A stretch of DNA of 17,687 nt from Arcobacter sp. (GCA_965662175.1 CBFIGT010000040.1:1-17687), one strand, 5' to 3'; counted from the stretch's first letter, positions 1-9,682 are shown. Notes: generated by a model from the letters alone, not told the origin. Numbers and translations are program-made.

Positions 1-1
1 T

Positions 2-82
2 TTATTTACAATAGTTTCACTATTTTTTATTCAAGGTTTACTGGAAACAATCTCTTATTATATTCAGATTTCTGGATATTAA
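2..82 (+). CDS. 3' end of an upstream membrane-protein gene, truncated by the window edge (possibly NADH:quinone oxidoreductase subunit N)
   Basis: Frame 2 is open from the edge and reads LFTIVSLFFIQGLLETISYYIQISGY* (TAA 80-82), a hydrophobic helix ending just before a hairpin. The NuoN resemblance is from memory only. Confidence 0.4.
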   Translation, partial: LFTIVSLFFIQGLLETISYYIQISGY

Positions 83-111
83 AAAATTACAAGGTCTTTT
101 TGACCTTGTAA
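81..111 (-). terminator. Intrinsic terminator of the EF-hand protein gene
   Basis: Perfect 10-bp inverted repeat ttacaaggtc (87-96) / gaccttgtaa (102-111) with a 5-nt loop. The A6 at 81-86 gives a U-tract on the - strand. It lies 3 nt beyond the stop at 115. Confidence 0.8.
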
Positions 112-114
112 AAG

Positions 115-468
115 TTAGTTAGAATTTCTCATTCCTTGTCCCATACCTTTTTGAGACTTTTTTTCATTCATATGTTTCATTTGTCCTTCTAAAAGTTCTA
201 TTTTTGATAGTTGTTTGTCTCCATTACTATCAAAGTATTCAAAAGAGGGAGCATTTCCTGCATTTCTCATTGGCATACCTTGTTGGGCTTTTAATTCCAT
301 TTTTTTTGCTCTTAAATCATAGAATTCAGACTCACTAACAAAACCATTTTTATCAGTATCATAATCTTCAAAACTCATAGGACCTTTTTTTGATAAGTCA
401 GTAGCACTCAATGATACTACAAAAATTGATGAACATAGTGCTAAAAAAGCAATATTTGAGAACTTCAT
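115..468 (-). CDS. Secreted/periplasmic EF-hand calcium-binding protein
   Basis: N-terminal signal-peptide-like segment (MKFSNIAFLALCSSIFVVSLSA), two EF-hand loops (DTDKNGFVSESE, DSNGDKQLSKIE) and a Met/Gly-rich tail. SD AAGGAGG (+ strand cctcctt, 474-480). Confidence 0.85.
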   Translation of the reverse strand: MKFSNIAFLALCSSIFVVSLSATDLSKKGPMSFEDYDTDKNGFVSESEFYDLRAKKMELKAQQGMPMRNAGNAPSFEYFDSNGDKQLSKIELLEGQMKHMNEKKSQKGMGQGMRNSN

Positions 469-494
469 AATAACCTCCTTGTATAAATTATCTA

Positions 495-500
495 ATTATA
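495..500 (-). promoter_or_regulatory. Putative sigma70 -10 box (TATAAT) for the EF-hand gene
   Basis: + strand attata at 495-500 reads TATAAT on the - strand, about 15 nt upstream of the SD. Confidence 0.45.
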
Positions 501-567
501 CTCTTTTATTTATAATAAAGTAAGTTATTAAAAATAATTTTATATAACCAAATATAAAACCATAACC

Positions 568-576
568 TGCTACAAT
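568..576 (+). promoter_or_regulatory. Extended -10 promoter (TGcTACAAT) for mqnD-murB
   Basis: Matches the TGnTAnAAT extended -10 typical of Campylobacterota RpoD promoters. SD aagga at 594-598 precedes the TTG at 605. Confidence 0.6.
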
Positions 577-604
577 CTTTTTTACTAAAAAATAAGGATA
601 TATT

Positions 605-1468
605 TTGAGAACAATAAGTGTTGCGCACTCTCCTGATGCTGATGATATATTTATGTATTATGCTATAAAGTTTGGTTGGGTTACTCCTAAAGATACAATT
701 TTCACAAATATTGCAGATGATATTGAGAGTTTAAATCAGGCTACTTTAAAGGGTGAGTATGATATTTGTGCTATCTCTTTTGCACTTTATCCTTTTGTTA
801 AAGATGATTATGCACTTTTAAGAACAGCTGTTTCATTTGGAAATGGTTATGGACCAAAACTTGTAAGAAAAAAAACTACTAAATTGAAAAGAAATTTTAA
901 AGTAGCACTTAGTGGAGAGTTTACAACTAATGCACTTTTGTTTAAAATTGCTTATCCAAATGCTAGAATTACTTATATGAACTTTTTAGAGATAGAACAA
1001 GCTGTTCTTGATGGAGTTGTGGATGCTGGTGTTTTAATTCATGAATCAATTTTAACCTATGATGAGAGTTTGGAAGTTGAAAAAGAGATTTGGGATATTT
1101 GGCAAGAGTTAGCTGGAAAAGAGTTACCCCTGCCTCTTGGTGGAATGTGTTTAAGACGGTCTATTCCTTTAAACTATGCTATTGATTATGAACAAACATT
1201 AATAAAAGCAGTTAAAGTGGCTAATAGTAATAAAGGCTTATTATCTAAAATGTTAATTGAGCAAAATTTAATAAGAGTAGATGCACCAACATTGGATAAA
1301 TATTTAGACCTTTATGCAAATGATGATTCAATTGACTTAAGTGATATTCAATATGATGCTTTGGATAAACTTTATGAACTAGGATATAAACACGGCTTTT
1401 ATGAAAACCTAATAAAATCACGTGATTTTTTAATACCATCTGAGTATAAAGAATTAAGAGAAAAATAA
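605..1468 (+). CDS. mqnD: 1,4-dihydroxy-6-naphthoate synthase, MqnA/MqnD family (futalosine menaquinone pathway)
   Basis: Motifs AHSPDADD, SFGNGYGP, GVLIHE and LPLPLGG match Campylobacterota MqnD. TTG start with SD. Confidence 0.85.
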   Translation: MRTISVAHSPDADDIFMYYAIKFGWVTPKDTIFTNIADDIESLNQATLKGEYDICAISFALYPFVKDDYALLRTAVSFGNGYGPKLVRKKTTKLKRNFKVALSGEFTTNALLFKIAYPNARITYMNFLEIEQAVLDGVVDAGVLIHESILTYDESLEVEKEIWDIWQELAGKELPLPLGGMCLRRSIPLNYAIDYEQTLIKAVKVANSNKGLLSKMLIEQNLIRVDAPTLDKYLDLYANDDSIDLSDIQYDALDKLYELGYKHGFYENLIKSRDFLIPSEYKELREK

Positions 1469-2251
1469 TTGTCAAAAAACTACTTTGAAAAGATAAATTT
1501 TAAAAAGTACTCTTCAATAAAAATAGGTCCTGAAGTTGATGTTTTAAATATCAATGAAATTGGAGATTATAGTGAGTATCAAATAATTGGACAAGGAAAT
1601 AATATCCTTGTTTCAAATACTCCTCCAAAGTTTGCAAGACTTGGAAAATCATTTGATTATATTGAATTAAAAGATGATAAACTCTATGTTGGATGTGCTA
1701 CAAAGTCAGGGAAGCTTTTTAATTATGCTAAAAAACATAATTTAGCTAATTTTGAGTTTTTAGGTAATTTACCTGGAAATTTGGGTGGTTTAATTAAAAT
1801 GAATGCAGGTTTAAAAGAGTGGGAAATATTTAATTATATAGATTCAATTAAAACAAAAGATGGGTATATTAAAAAAGAGAGTATAGAGTATGCATATAGG
1901 TTTACAAATATAAACACTATTGTTTATGAATTAGTTTTTAATATAAGTTATGGATACTCAAAGCAGATGAATGAACTTTTTAAATCAATGAGGTCAAATC
2001 AGCCACATACTCCAAGTGCTGGAAGTTGTTTTAAAAATCCACAAGGTGATAGTGCTGGAAGATTAATAGAGCAAGCTGGATTAAAAGGTTTTGCTCAAAA
2101 TGGAATGTCATTTTCAAATATTCATGCTAACTTTTTAGTTAATGATGGAGATGGAAGCTTTGAAGATGCAATTTATTTAATAGAATTGGCAAAAAAAAGA
2201 GTAAAAGAGAAGTTTAATATAGATTTACAAATGGAAGTTCTTGTTTATTAA
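1469..2251 (+). CDS. murB: UDP-N-acetylenolpyruvoylglucosamine reductase
   Basis: Motifs IGQGNNILV, LPGNLGGLIKMNAG, QPxxPSAGSCFKNP, HANFLVN and LQMEV. Start codon directly abuts the mqnD stop. Confidence 0.95.
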   Translation: MSKNYFEKINFKKYSSIKIGPEVDVLNINEIGDYSEYQIIGQGNNILVSNTPPKFARLGKSFDYIELKDDKLYVGCATKSGKLFNYAKKHNLANFEFLGNLPGNLGGLIKMNAGLKEWEIFNYIDSIKTKDGYIKKESIEYAYRFTNINTIVYELVFNISYGYSKQMNELFKSMRSNQPHTPSAGSCFKNPQGDSAGRLIEQAGLKGFAQNGMSFSNIHANFLVNDGDGSFEDAIYLIELAKKRVKEKFNIDLQMEVLVY

Positions 2252-2296
2252 GAAAGCTAGCTTAATTAAATTACTTAAGAGGTTTTAATCTAAATA

Positions 2297-2305
2297 TGAT
2301 AGAAT
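2297..2305 (+). promoter_or_regulatory. Extended -10 promoter (TGaTAGAAT) for topA and downstream genes
   Basis: TGnTAnAAT match in the murB-topA gap, with purine-rich gagggg at 2325-2330 before GTG 2342. Confidence 0.55.
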
Positions 2306-2341
2306 TCAAATTCGAAAAAAATTAGAGGGGTTATTTTTATA

Positions 2342-4723
2342 GTGAAAAATTTAGTTATCGTAGAGTCACCAGCAAAAGCAAAAACAATATCGAAATTCTT
2401 AGGAAGTGACTATAAAGTCATGGCATCCATGGGGCATGTAAGAGATTTGCCAAAATCAAAGTTAGGTTTTGACCCTGATAAAAACTTTGAACCCCAATAT
2501 CTAATTTCTACAGATAAAAGAAAAGTAATTGCTGATTTAAAAAAAGAGATAACAAAAGATACAACTATTTACCTCGCAGCCGATGAGGATAGAGAGGGAG
2601 AAGCCATAGCATGGCACTTAATCCCTGCACTTAAAGTCGAAAAAAACCCTCTAAAAAGAATAGTATTTCATGAGATTACAAAGGGTGCTATTTTAGAAGC
2701 ATTGGATAATCCAAGAGAAGTAAACCAACATTTAGTAGATGCACAACAAGCAAGAAGAATCTTAGATCGTGCTGTTGGATATGAACTTTCACCACTTTTA
2801 TGGAAAAAAGTAAGATATGGTTTAAGTGCTGGAAGAGTTCAAAGTGTTGCTGTTAGAATTATTGTTGATAGAGAGAATGAAATAAGAGCATTTATCCCAG
2901 AAGAGTTTTGGAAAATAAAAGCTGATTTTTTAAATCCTGAACTAAAAACAGAATTAGCAAAAATTAATGGAAAAGTTAAAAAAGTAAAAAATGAAGCTGA
3001 AGCTAGAGAGATTGAAAGCTCATGTAATCAAGGTGATTTTGAGTTATTTGATATTGATGAAAGTGAAAGCAAAAGAAATCCAGCAGCTCCTTTTACAACA
3101 TCAACACTACAACAAGAAGCTTCTAGAAAACTAGGATTTTCAGTAAAACAAACAATGATAGTAGCTCAACAACTATATGAGGGAAATGTTGGAAATATTC
3201 CAAATCAAACAGGTGGTTTGATAACATATATGAGAACAGACTCACTAAATCTTTCAAAAGTTGCAACAAGTGCTGCAAAAGAGGTTATTGAAAAAGAGTA
3301 TGGAAAAGAGTTTTCTTTATCTAAGCCTAGAGTTTATAAATCAAAAGCAAAAGGGGCTCAAGAGGCTCACGAAGCAATTCGTCCAGTTGATTTAAGCTTG
3401 AAACCAAGTATGATAAAAGCCTATGTTGATAATGCTCAGTATAGACTTTATAGCCTAATTTGGAAAAGAACTTTAGCAACACAAATGCAAGTTGCAAAAA
3501 TAGCAAATACAACATATAAAATAAGTGCCGGAAAAGATAAAGAGTATGAGTTCCAAATAAAGGGACAAAGAATTATATTTCCAGGTTTTATGAAAGTATA
3601 TACTGAGGGAAGCGATAATCCTGAAGCAGCACTTGATAGTAGCGAAAAAATATTACCAACAATAAAAGTTGGTACAAAACTAGAGCTTGAAAACTTAATT
3701 ACTGAACAAAATTTTACAAAACCACCTGCACGTTATACAGAGGCTAGTTTGGTTAAAAAACTAGAGAGTGAGGGAATTGGAAGACCATCAACTTATGCTC
3801 CTACTATTTCAACTATTCAACAAAGAGAGTATGTAGTAAAAACTGAAGATAAAAAACTAGCACCAACACCAACAGGTGAAGTTGTTAATAGCTTTTTAGT
3901 TGACCATTTTCCTCATATTGTGGATTTAGGATTTACAGCAAGAGTTGAAGAGGAGTTTGATAATATCGCTGATGGAAAAATTGCATGGCAACAAGTTATG
4001 GAAGAGTTTTATGGTGATTTCAAAAAAACTATTAATGAAAAAGAAGAGAGCGTAAATAAAGAGGATTATCTTCAAATTAGAGAAATAGGAACTGATCCAA
4101 AATCAGGGAAACCTGTAAGTGCTAGAGTTGGAAGATTTGGACCTTTTATTCAAATTGGTACTAAAGATGATGAAGAAAAACCACTATTTGTAGCAATTCC
4201 TGACCATCTTAATATGGATACAGTTACTTTAGATGAAGCAATGTTTTTATTTACTCTTCCAAGGGTTGTAGGACAAACAGAAAGTGGAGAGGATATTAAA
4301 GCTAATATTGGAAGATTTGGTCCATATTTACAAGTTAAGACTAAATATTACTCTTTAAAAGAGGATGATCCTTATAAAATAGAGTTACCAAGAGCATTAG
4401 AGCTTATTAAACAAATTGATGAAGAGAAAGCTAAAGCAACTATTAAAAACTTTGAAAAAGAGAAAATTCAAGTTTTAATTGGAAGATATGGTCCATATAT
4501 TAAACAAGGTAGAAAAAACTTTAAAATACCAAAAGGTAAAGAGGCTGAAAAGTTAACTTTAGAAGAGTGTTTAGAGATTATAGAAAATGATCCAAAAAAT
4601 AAATCAGCTAAAAAAACACCTGTTAAAAAAGCACCTGCAAAAAAAGCTGCCACAAAAGCAAGTCCTGCTAAAAAAACAACAAAAAAACCAGCAGCAAAAA
4701 AGTCAAGTAAAAAAGAGAGTTAA
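2342..4723 (+). CDS. topA: DNA topoisomerase I (type IA) with zinc-free C-terminal repeats and a Lys/Ala-rich tail
   Basis: TOPRIM motifs (LVIVESPAKAK, ADEDREGE), SAGRVQS, catalytic ITYMRTDS, AQEAHEAIRP and GIGRPSTY. Three GRxGP repeats and a PAKK-rich tail at the C-terminus. Confidence 0.98.
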   Translation: MKNLVIVESPAKAKTISKFLGSDYKVMASMGHVRDLPKSKLGFDPDKNFEPQYLISTDKRKVIADLKKEITKDTTIYLAADEDREGEAIAWHLIPALKVEKNPLKRIVFHEITKGAILEALDNPREVNQHLVDAQQARRILDRAVGYELSPLLWKKVRYGLSAGRVQSVAVRIIVDRENEIRAFIPEEFWKIKADFLNPELKTELAKINGKVKKVKNEAEAREIESSCNQGDFELFDIDESESKRNPAAPFTTSTLQQEASRKLGFSVKQTMIVAQQLYEGNVGNIPNQTGGLITYMRTDSLNLSKVATSAAKEVIEKEYGKEFSLSKPRVYKSKAKGAQEAHEAIRPVDLSLKPSMIKAYVDNAQYRLYSLIWKRTLATQMQVAKIANTTYKISAGKDKEYEFQIKGQRIIFPGFMKVYTEGSDNPEAALDSSEKILPTIKVGTKLELENLITEQNFTKPPARYTEASLVKKLESEGIGRPSTYAPTISTIQQREYVVKTEDKKLAPTPTGEVVNSFLVDHFPHIVDLGFTARVEEEFDNIADGKIAWQQVMEEFYGDFKKTINEKEESVNKEDYLQIREIGTDPKSGKPVSARVGRFGPFIQIGTKDDEEKPLFVAIPDHLNMDTVTLDEAMFLFTLPRVVGQTESGEDIKANIGRFGPYLQVKTKYYSLKEDDPYKIELPRALELIKQIDEEKAKATIKNFEKEKIQVLIGRYGPYIKQGRKNFKIPKGKEAEKLTLEECLEIIENDPKNKSAKKTPVKKAPAKKAATKASPAKKTTKKPAAKKSSKKES

Positions 4724-5245
4724 ATGAAAATAGCTCTCTTATCAGATAGTCATAGGGCAGTTGATTATACTAAACTAGCTATTGAATTTTTGAAAGATAA
4801 AGGTGCTCAATATTTAATTCATGCGGGTGATTTATGTATTGAGGATAATTTAAAACTATTAAAAGATTCTGATTTACCATATATTAGCGTTTTTGGAAAT
4901 AATGATAGATCTTTAGTTCATCTTTCAAATGAATATAAGATAGAAAAAGAGCCTTACTATTTTAAGATAAAAGATGTAAAGTTTAAACTTATGCATCTTC
5001 CTTTTTATATGCAAGGTGATGATAGTGATGTTGTTGTTTTTGGCCATACACATGAGTTTGAATCTGAGTACAATAATGGAACTTTGTTTTTAAATCCAGG
5101 TGAAATCTGTGCTAGAGAAAAACCAAAAAGTGAATGTGTATTGCTAGAAATTAAAGAGAATGAGTATATAATTGAATACTACTCAAGAGATATAAATGAA
5201 AAAGAATTTGTAAAAAAAGAGATAAAATATGAGCGAAACAAATAA
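4724..5245 (+). CDS. YfcE/MJ0936-family calcineurin-like metallophosphoesterase
   Basis: Metal-binding motifs SDSH, HAGD, GNND, GHTH and NPGE. Start directly follows the topA stop. Confidence 0.9.
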   Translation: MKIALLSDSHRAVDYTKLAIEFLKDKGAQYLIHAGDLCIEDNLKLLKDSDLPYISVFGNNDRSLVHLSNEYKIEKEPYYFKIKDVKFKLMHLPFYMQGDDSDVVVFGHTHEFESEYNNGTLFLNPGEICAREKPKSECVLLEIKENEYIIEYYSRDINEKEFVKKEIKYERNK

Positions 5246-6086
5246 TAAAGAGATTTTTTTATGTGCTATTTGTAATATAGAGAGTGGTACATGTAATGAA
5301 GACTGTAAATTTTGTTCACAAAGTGTAAAGTATAAAGCAGATATTCAAAGATATAAAAGAAAAGATATTGAACAAATTGTAGAAGAGGCTAAAAGAGCTA
5401 GAGCAAATGGTGCTAATGGTTTTTGTTTGGTAACTGCTGGAAAAGGCTTAGATGAGAAAAGATTAGAGTTTGTTGTTGAGGCTGCTAAAGCTGTAAAGAG
5501 AGAGAATTTAGGATTAATCTTAATTGCATGTAATGGAACTGCAAATAAAGAACAACTTCAAACCTTAAAAGATGTGGGAGTTGATGCTTATAATCATAAT
5601 TTAGAAACAGCAAGGGATTTTTATCCCGAAATTGTTACAACTCATACTTGGGATGAACGATATGAAACTTGTAAAAATGTTAAAGAGGTTGGATTAAGAC
5701 TTGTGTGTGGTGGAATTTTTGGCTTGGGTGAAACTCAAGAACAAAGAGTATCTATGCTTGAATCAATAGCATCACTTGACCCTTGGAATGTACCTTTGAA
5801 CTTTTTTATTCCAAATAAAGCTTTACCAATTGAAGCTAGTACAATTACTAGAGAAGAGGCTTTTGCTTTAATTGAGTTAGCACGAAAAACAATACCTAAT
5901 GCAAAGAAAATAATGGTTGCCGGAGGTAGAGAGTTGATGTTTGGTGAAGAACAGTATAAAATTTTTGATAAAGGTGCAAATGCATTTGTTATTGGAGATT
6001 ATTTGACAACTACTGGTAGAACTCCTGCTGAAGATATTAAAGAGTTAGAAAAGCAAGGAATCACAGTCATAAGAGAAATAGAGTAG
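5229..6086 (+). CDS. bioB: Biotin synthase (radical SAM)
   Basis: CxxxCxxC motif (CNEDCKFC) followed by SQS, plus YNHNLET, CGGIFGLGET, VPLNF, AGGRE and GDYLTT. Short Campylobacterota-type form overlapping the upstream gene. Confidence 0.95.
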   Translation: MSETNNKEIFLCAICNIESGTCNEDCKFCSQSVKYKADIQRYKRKDIEQIVEEAKRARANGANGFCLVTAGKGLDEKRLEFVVEAAKAVKRENLGLILIACNGTANKEQLQTLKDVGVDAYNHNLETARDFYPEIVTTHTWDERYETCKNVKEVGLRLVCGGIFGLGETQEQRVSMLESIASLDPWNVPLNFFIPNKALPIEASTITREEAFALIELARKTIPNAKKIMVAGGRELMFGEEQYKIFDKGANAFVIGDYLTTTGRTPAEDIKELEKQGITVIREIE

Positions 6087-6100
6087 TTTAGGAATAGTTA

Positions 6101-7258
6101 ATGCTTGAAGAAATTCTAATTATAATCTCAATATCATTGATAATATTTGTATCTCCGTTAATTTCTAAATTAACAAGAATACCTACAATCCCTGTTGAGA
6201 TTATGTTGGGAGCTTTGGCGGTATATTTCTCTTTTATCGTAGAGCATACTATTTTTGAGCTTGTTGCAGAGTTGGGTTTTTTATATTTGATGTTTTTAGC
6301 AGGTCTGGAAGTTGATTTAAAGAAAATCATAAATTCAGACCCCTTAATTTTAAAAAAATCCTTGCTTTATAATGTTGTTTTATTTACCCTCTCTTTCTTA
6401 ATTGCGTGGAATTTTAATCTAAGTAATATATTTATTGTAACCTTACCTCTAATCTCAATAGGACTTTTAGCAGCACTTAAAAAAGAGTATGGAGACCAAG
6501 AATGGGTCTCTATGGCTATATTAGTAGGACTTGTTGGAGAGATTGTTTCTATTATTGCATTAACTACCGTTGCTGCTGGTTTAGAGCTTGGTTTTGGTTG
6601 GGACTTTGCAAAAACAATGCTTTTATTTACTGTATTTTTAATAGGTCTTTTAGTAGTATATAAAATATTTAATAATCTATTATGGTGGTATCCTGAGATT
6701 AAAAGATATTTAATGCCAGAACAAGATCATCAAGAACAAGATATAAGAGTCTCTATGGGAATCTTTTTTGTTATGATTAGTGTAATGATTTATTTAAAAC
6801 TTGAAGTTGCATTTGGAGCATTTATTGCAGGTACTTTTATTAAAACTTTTTTTGAGCATAATAAATCACTACCTACAAAACTAGAGCATTTTGGTTTTGG
6901 ATGGTTAGTTCCTATATTTTTCATATATGTAGGTTCATCTTTTGAGATTGAAGCTTTATTTCATGATGGTTTATTTATAAAAGCATTAATGATAGTAATC
7001 GCAATGATATCTATTAGAGTAATTGCATCATTTTTGTTTATAAAAGATTTAAAAAATGGAAGGTTTTTACTTATAGGCTTATCTCACTCTATGCCATTAA
7101 CACTTTTGATAGCCGTTACAACATTAGCATATCATAATCATAGTATTACTCAGTTTTACTATTATGCTTTTATTTTAGCTTCCATATTAGAAGTTTTAAT
7201 AGTGATGGTTATAATAAGATTATTGAACCATCTCTTCATTAAAACTAATGTAAACTGA
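6101..7258 (+). CDS. Cation:proton antiporter (CPA2/KefB-like membrane domain)
   Basis: Highly hydrophobic, with motifs AELGFLYLMFLAGLEVD, FGAFIAG and LVPIFFIYVG. Confidence 0.85.
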   Translation: MLEEILIIISISLIIFVSPLISKLTRIPTIPVEIMLGALAVYFSFIVEHTIFELVAELGFLYLMFLAGLEVDLKKIINSDPLILKKSLLYNVVLFTLSFLIAWNFNLSNIFIVTLPLISIGLLAALKKEYGDQEWVSMAILVGLVGEIVSIIALTTVAAGLELGFGWDFAKTMLLFTVFLIGLLVVYKIFNNLLWWYPEIKRYLMPEQDHQEQDIRVSMGIFFVMISVMIYLKLEVAFGAFIAGTFIKTFFEHNKSLPTKLEHFGFGWLVPIFFIYVGSSFEIEALFHDGLFIKALMIVIAMISIRVIASFLFIKDLKNGRFLLIGLSHSMPLTLLIAVTTLAYHNHSITQFYYYAFILASILEVLIVMVIIRLLNHLFIKTNVN

Positions 7259-7990
7259 GTCATCAGAATAAGTAACTTCATACTTAATAGGTGACTCTTT
7301 TAGTACAAGTACAACTCTAAAGTATTTTTCATTTTGGTGATTTCCTGCAACAATTTTTTCAAAGTGTTTTGACTCTAAATCAACTCTTTTTGTAAAAAAT
7401 GTAACCTCTGCTTTAAAATCAATAATCAGTTTATTTTCATCTAATAAATAGAATTTTTTGAAAACTTTATGGGGTGATGTTAAGGTCATAGTCTCATTTG
7501 TATATTGTACATTTAAAAATGGTAATAAATCTAAACTATTATCAACAACAATATCATCTCTTTTTTTAACATAAACAACAGGACCTTGCTCTTCTAAAGC
7601 TTTTGCCTTAGCTTCTGCTGCTTCTTTTTGTGCTTTTAGTTTTTCAGCTTCTGCTTTAGCCATTGCAGCTTTTTTAAGGGCATCTTCTAGCTCTTTTTCT
7701 TTTTTTAATTGAGCTTCAATTAATTCCTGCTCTTTTTTAATCTCTTCTTCTGTTTTAGAAATAGCTGTAGGAAGTGGTTTATTAACATCCTCTTCTTTTA
7801 GAATAGGTGTCATATCTTCTGTTTCAATATTATTATTGCTTTCTAAAAACTCTTTAGGATAGTTTTCATCAATCTCCATAAGACGAGCTATTTCATCTTG
7901 GTAAGCTTTAGTTGGCATAAACGGGTTTTCTCTTGCTTCTAATGAAGAGATAAAAATTATTGATGTGATAAGTAAAGAAAAAGATTTCAT
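7220..7990 (-). CDS. Periplasmic AMIN-domain protein (CgpA-like) with a charged coiled-coil linker
   Basis: Signal peptide, ARENPF motif, central K/E/A-rich helix and C-terminal AMIN-like strand pattern (KLIIDF...GNHQ...YFRVVLVL). Occupies the usual position after eno and the FtsB-like gene. Confidence 0.7.
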   Translation of the reverse strand: MKSFSLLITSIIFISSLEARENPFMPTKAYQDEIARLMEIDENYPKEFLESNNNIETEDMTPILKEEDVNKPLPTAISKTEEEIKKEQELIEAQLKKEKELEDALKKAAMAKAEAEKLKAQKEAAEAKAKALEEQGPVVYVKKRDDIVVDNSLDLLPFLNVQYTNETMTLTSPHKVFKKFYLLDENKLIIDFKAEVTFFTKRVDLESKHFEKIVAGNHQNEKYFRVVLVLKESPIKYEVTYSDDSVYISFNEEMVQ

Positions 7991-8244
7991 TCTTCTGGCT
8001 CCAAATTTTTTAATTCAAAATACTCTTTTTGTAATCTAGCATTACTCTCTTGAAGTCTATTTATTTCACTAGTTAAATAAGTTTTTTTATTTTTTAGTGA
8101 GGAGTATACCTCAAGAGAATTTACTCCAAAGAGTAAGTTTGCCACATGATAGCTTAGAAAGAGCGTAATAGCAATAGAAACTATTGCTATTACGGTAAAT
8201 CGTTTTACATCTTTGTTTAATAAACGTTTACTTTTTTTTTGCAT
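7987..8244 (-). CDS. Septum formation initiator, FtsB/DivIC-like
   Basis: Basic N-terminus, one TM helix, LLFGxNSL and a coiled coil ending LQKEYFELKNLEP. Lies immediately downstream of eno, a conserved pairing. Confidence 0.75.
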   Translation of the reverse strand: MQKKSKRLLNKDVKRFTVIAIVSIAITLFLSYHVANLLFGVNSLEVYSSLKNKKTYLTSEINRLQESNARLQKEYFELKNLEPEE

Positions 8245-8252
8245 TTTTTAAA

Positions 8253-9539
<1,287 letters not shown>

Positions 9540-9563
9540 CTATATTTTGGTTTGATTTTGTAT

Positions 9564-9571
9564 ATTTTATC
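9564..9571 (-). promoter_or_regulatory. Putative -10 box (GaTAAAAT) for eno
   Basis: + strand attttatc reads GATAAAAT on the - strand, about 35 nt upstream of the eno GTG. Confidence 0.45.
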
Positions 9572-9655
9572 TAAAACTTCTTTTTAAAGTGCTTTTATAA
9601 GAAAAAAGGTAATTTTTTTGTAATTTTTTATTAAGGAGAATATTATTTTTTGTTT

Positions 9656-9682
9656 TATGTAGAAGAGAGACTCTTCTACATA
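9656..9682 (-). other. Stem-loop directly after the full-length recA stop codon
   Basis: Perfect inverted repeat tatgtagaagag (9656-9667) / ctcttctacata (9671-9682). No U-tract follows on the - strand, so it is not a canonical intrinsic terminator. Confidence 0.7.

Noticed and set aside
1245..1475. 76-aa - strand ORF
   Set aside because: Antisense to mqnD with no recognisable motif; a shadow ORF.
2254..2263. Palindrome aagctagctt after murB
   Set aside because: Only 10 bp, with no loop and no U-tract; too weak to call a terminator or operator.
3327..4653. 62-aa (3327-3515) and 61-aa (4468-4653) - strand ORFs
   Set aside because: Both lie inside topA on the opposite strand. The hydrophobicity of the second simply mirrors Lys-rich codons.
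6088..6330. 80-aa - strand ORF
   Set aside because: Antisense shadow of the antiporter gene.
8232..8240. A9 tract just after the start of the FtsB-like gene as a phase-variation switch
   Set aside because: A/T runs of 7-9 nt are common throughout this AT-rich window and the gene is probably essential. No long poly-G/C tracts of the Campylobacter phase-variable type were seen.
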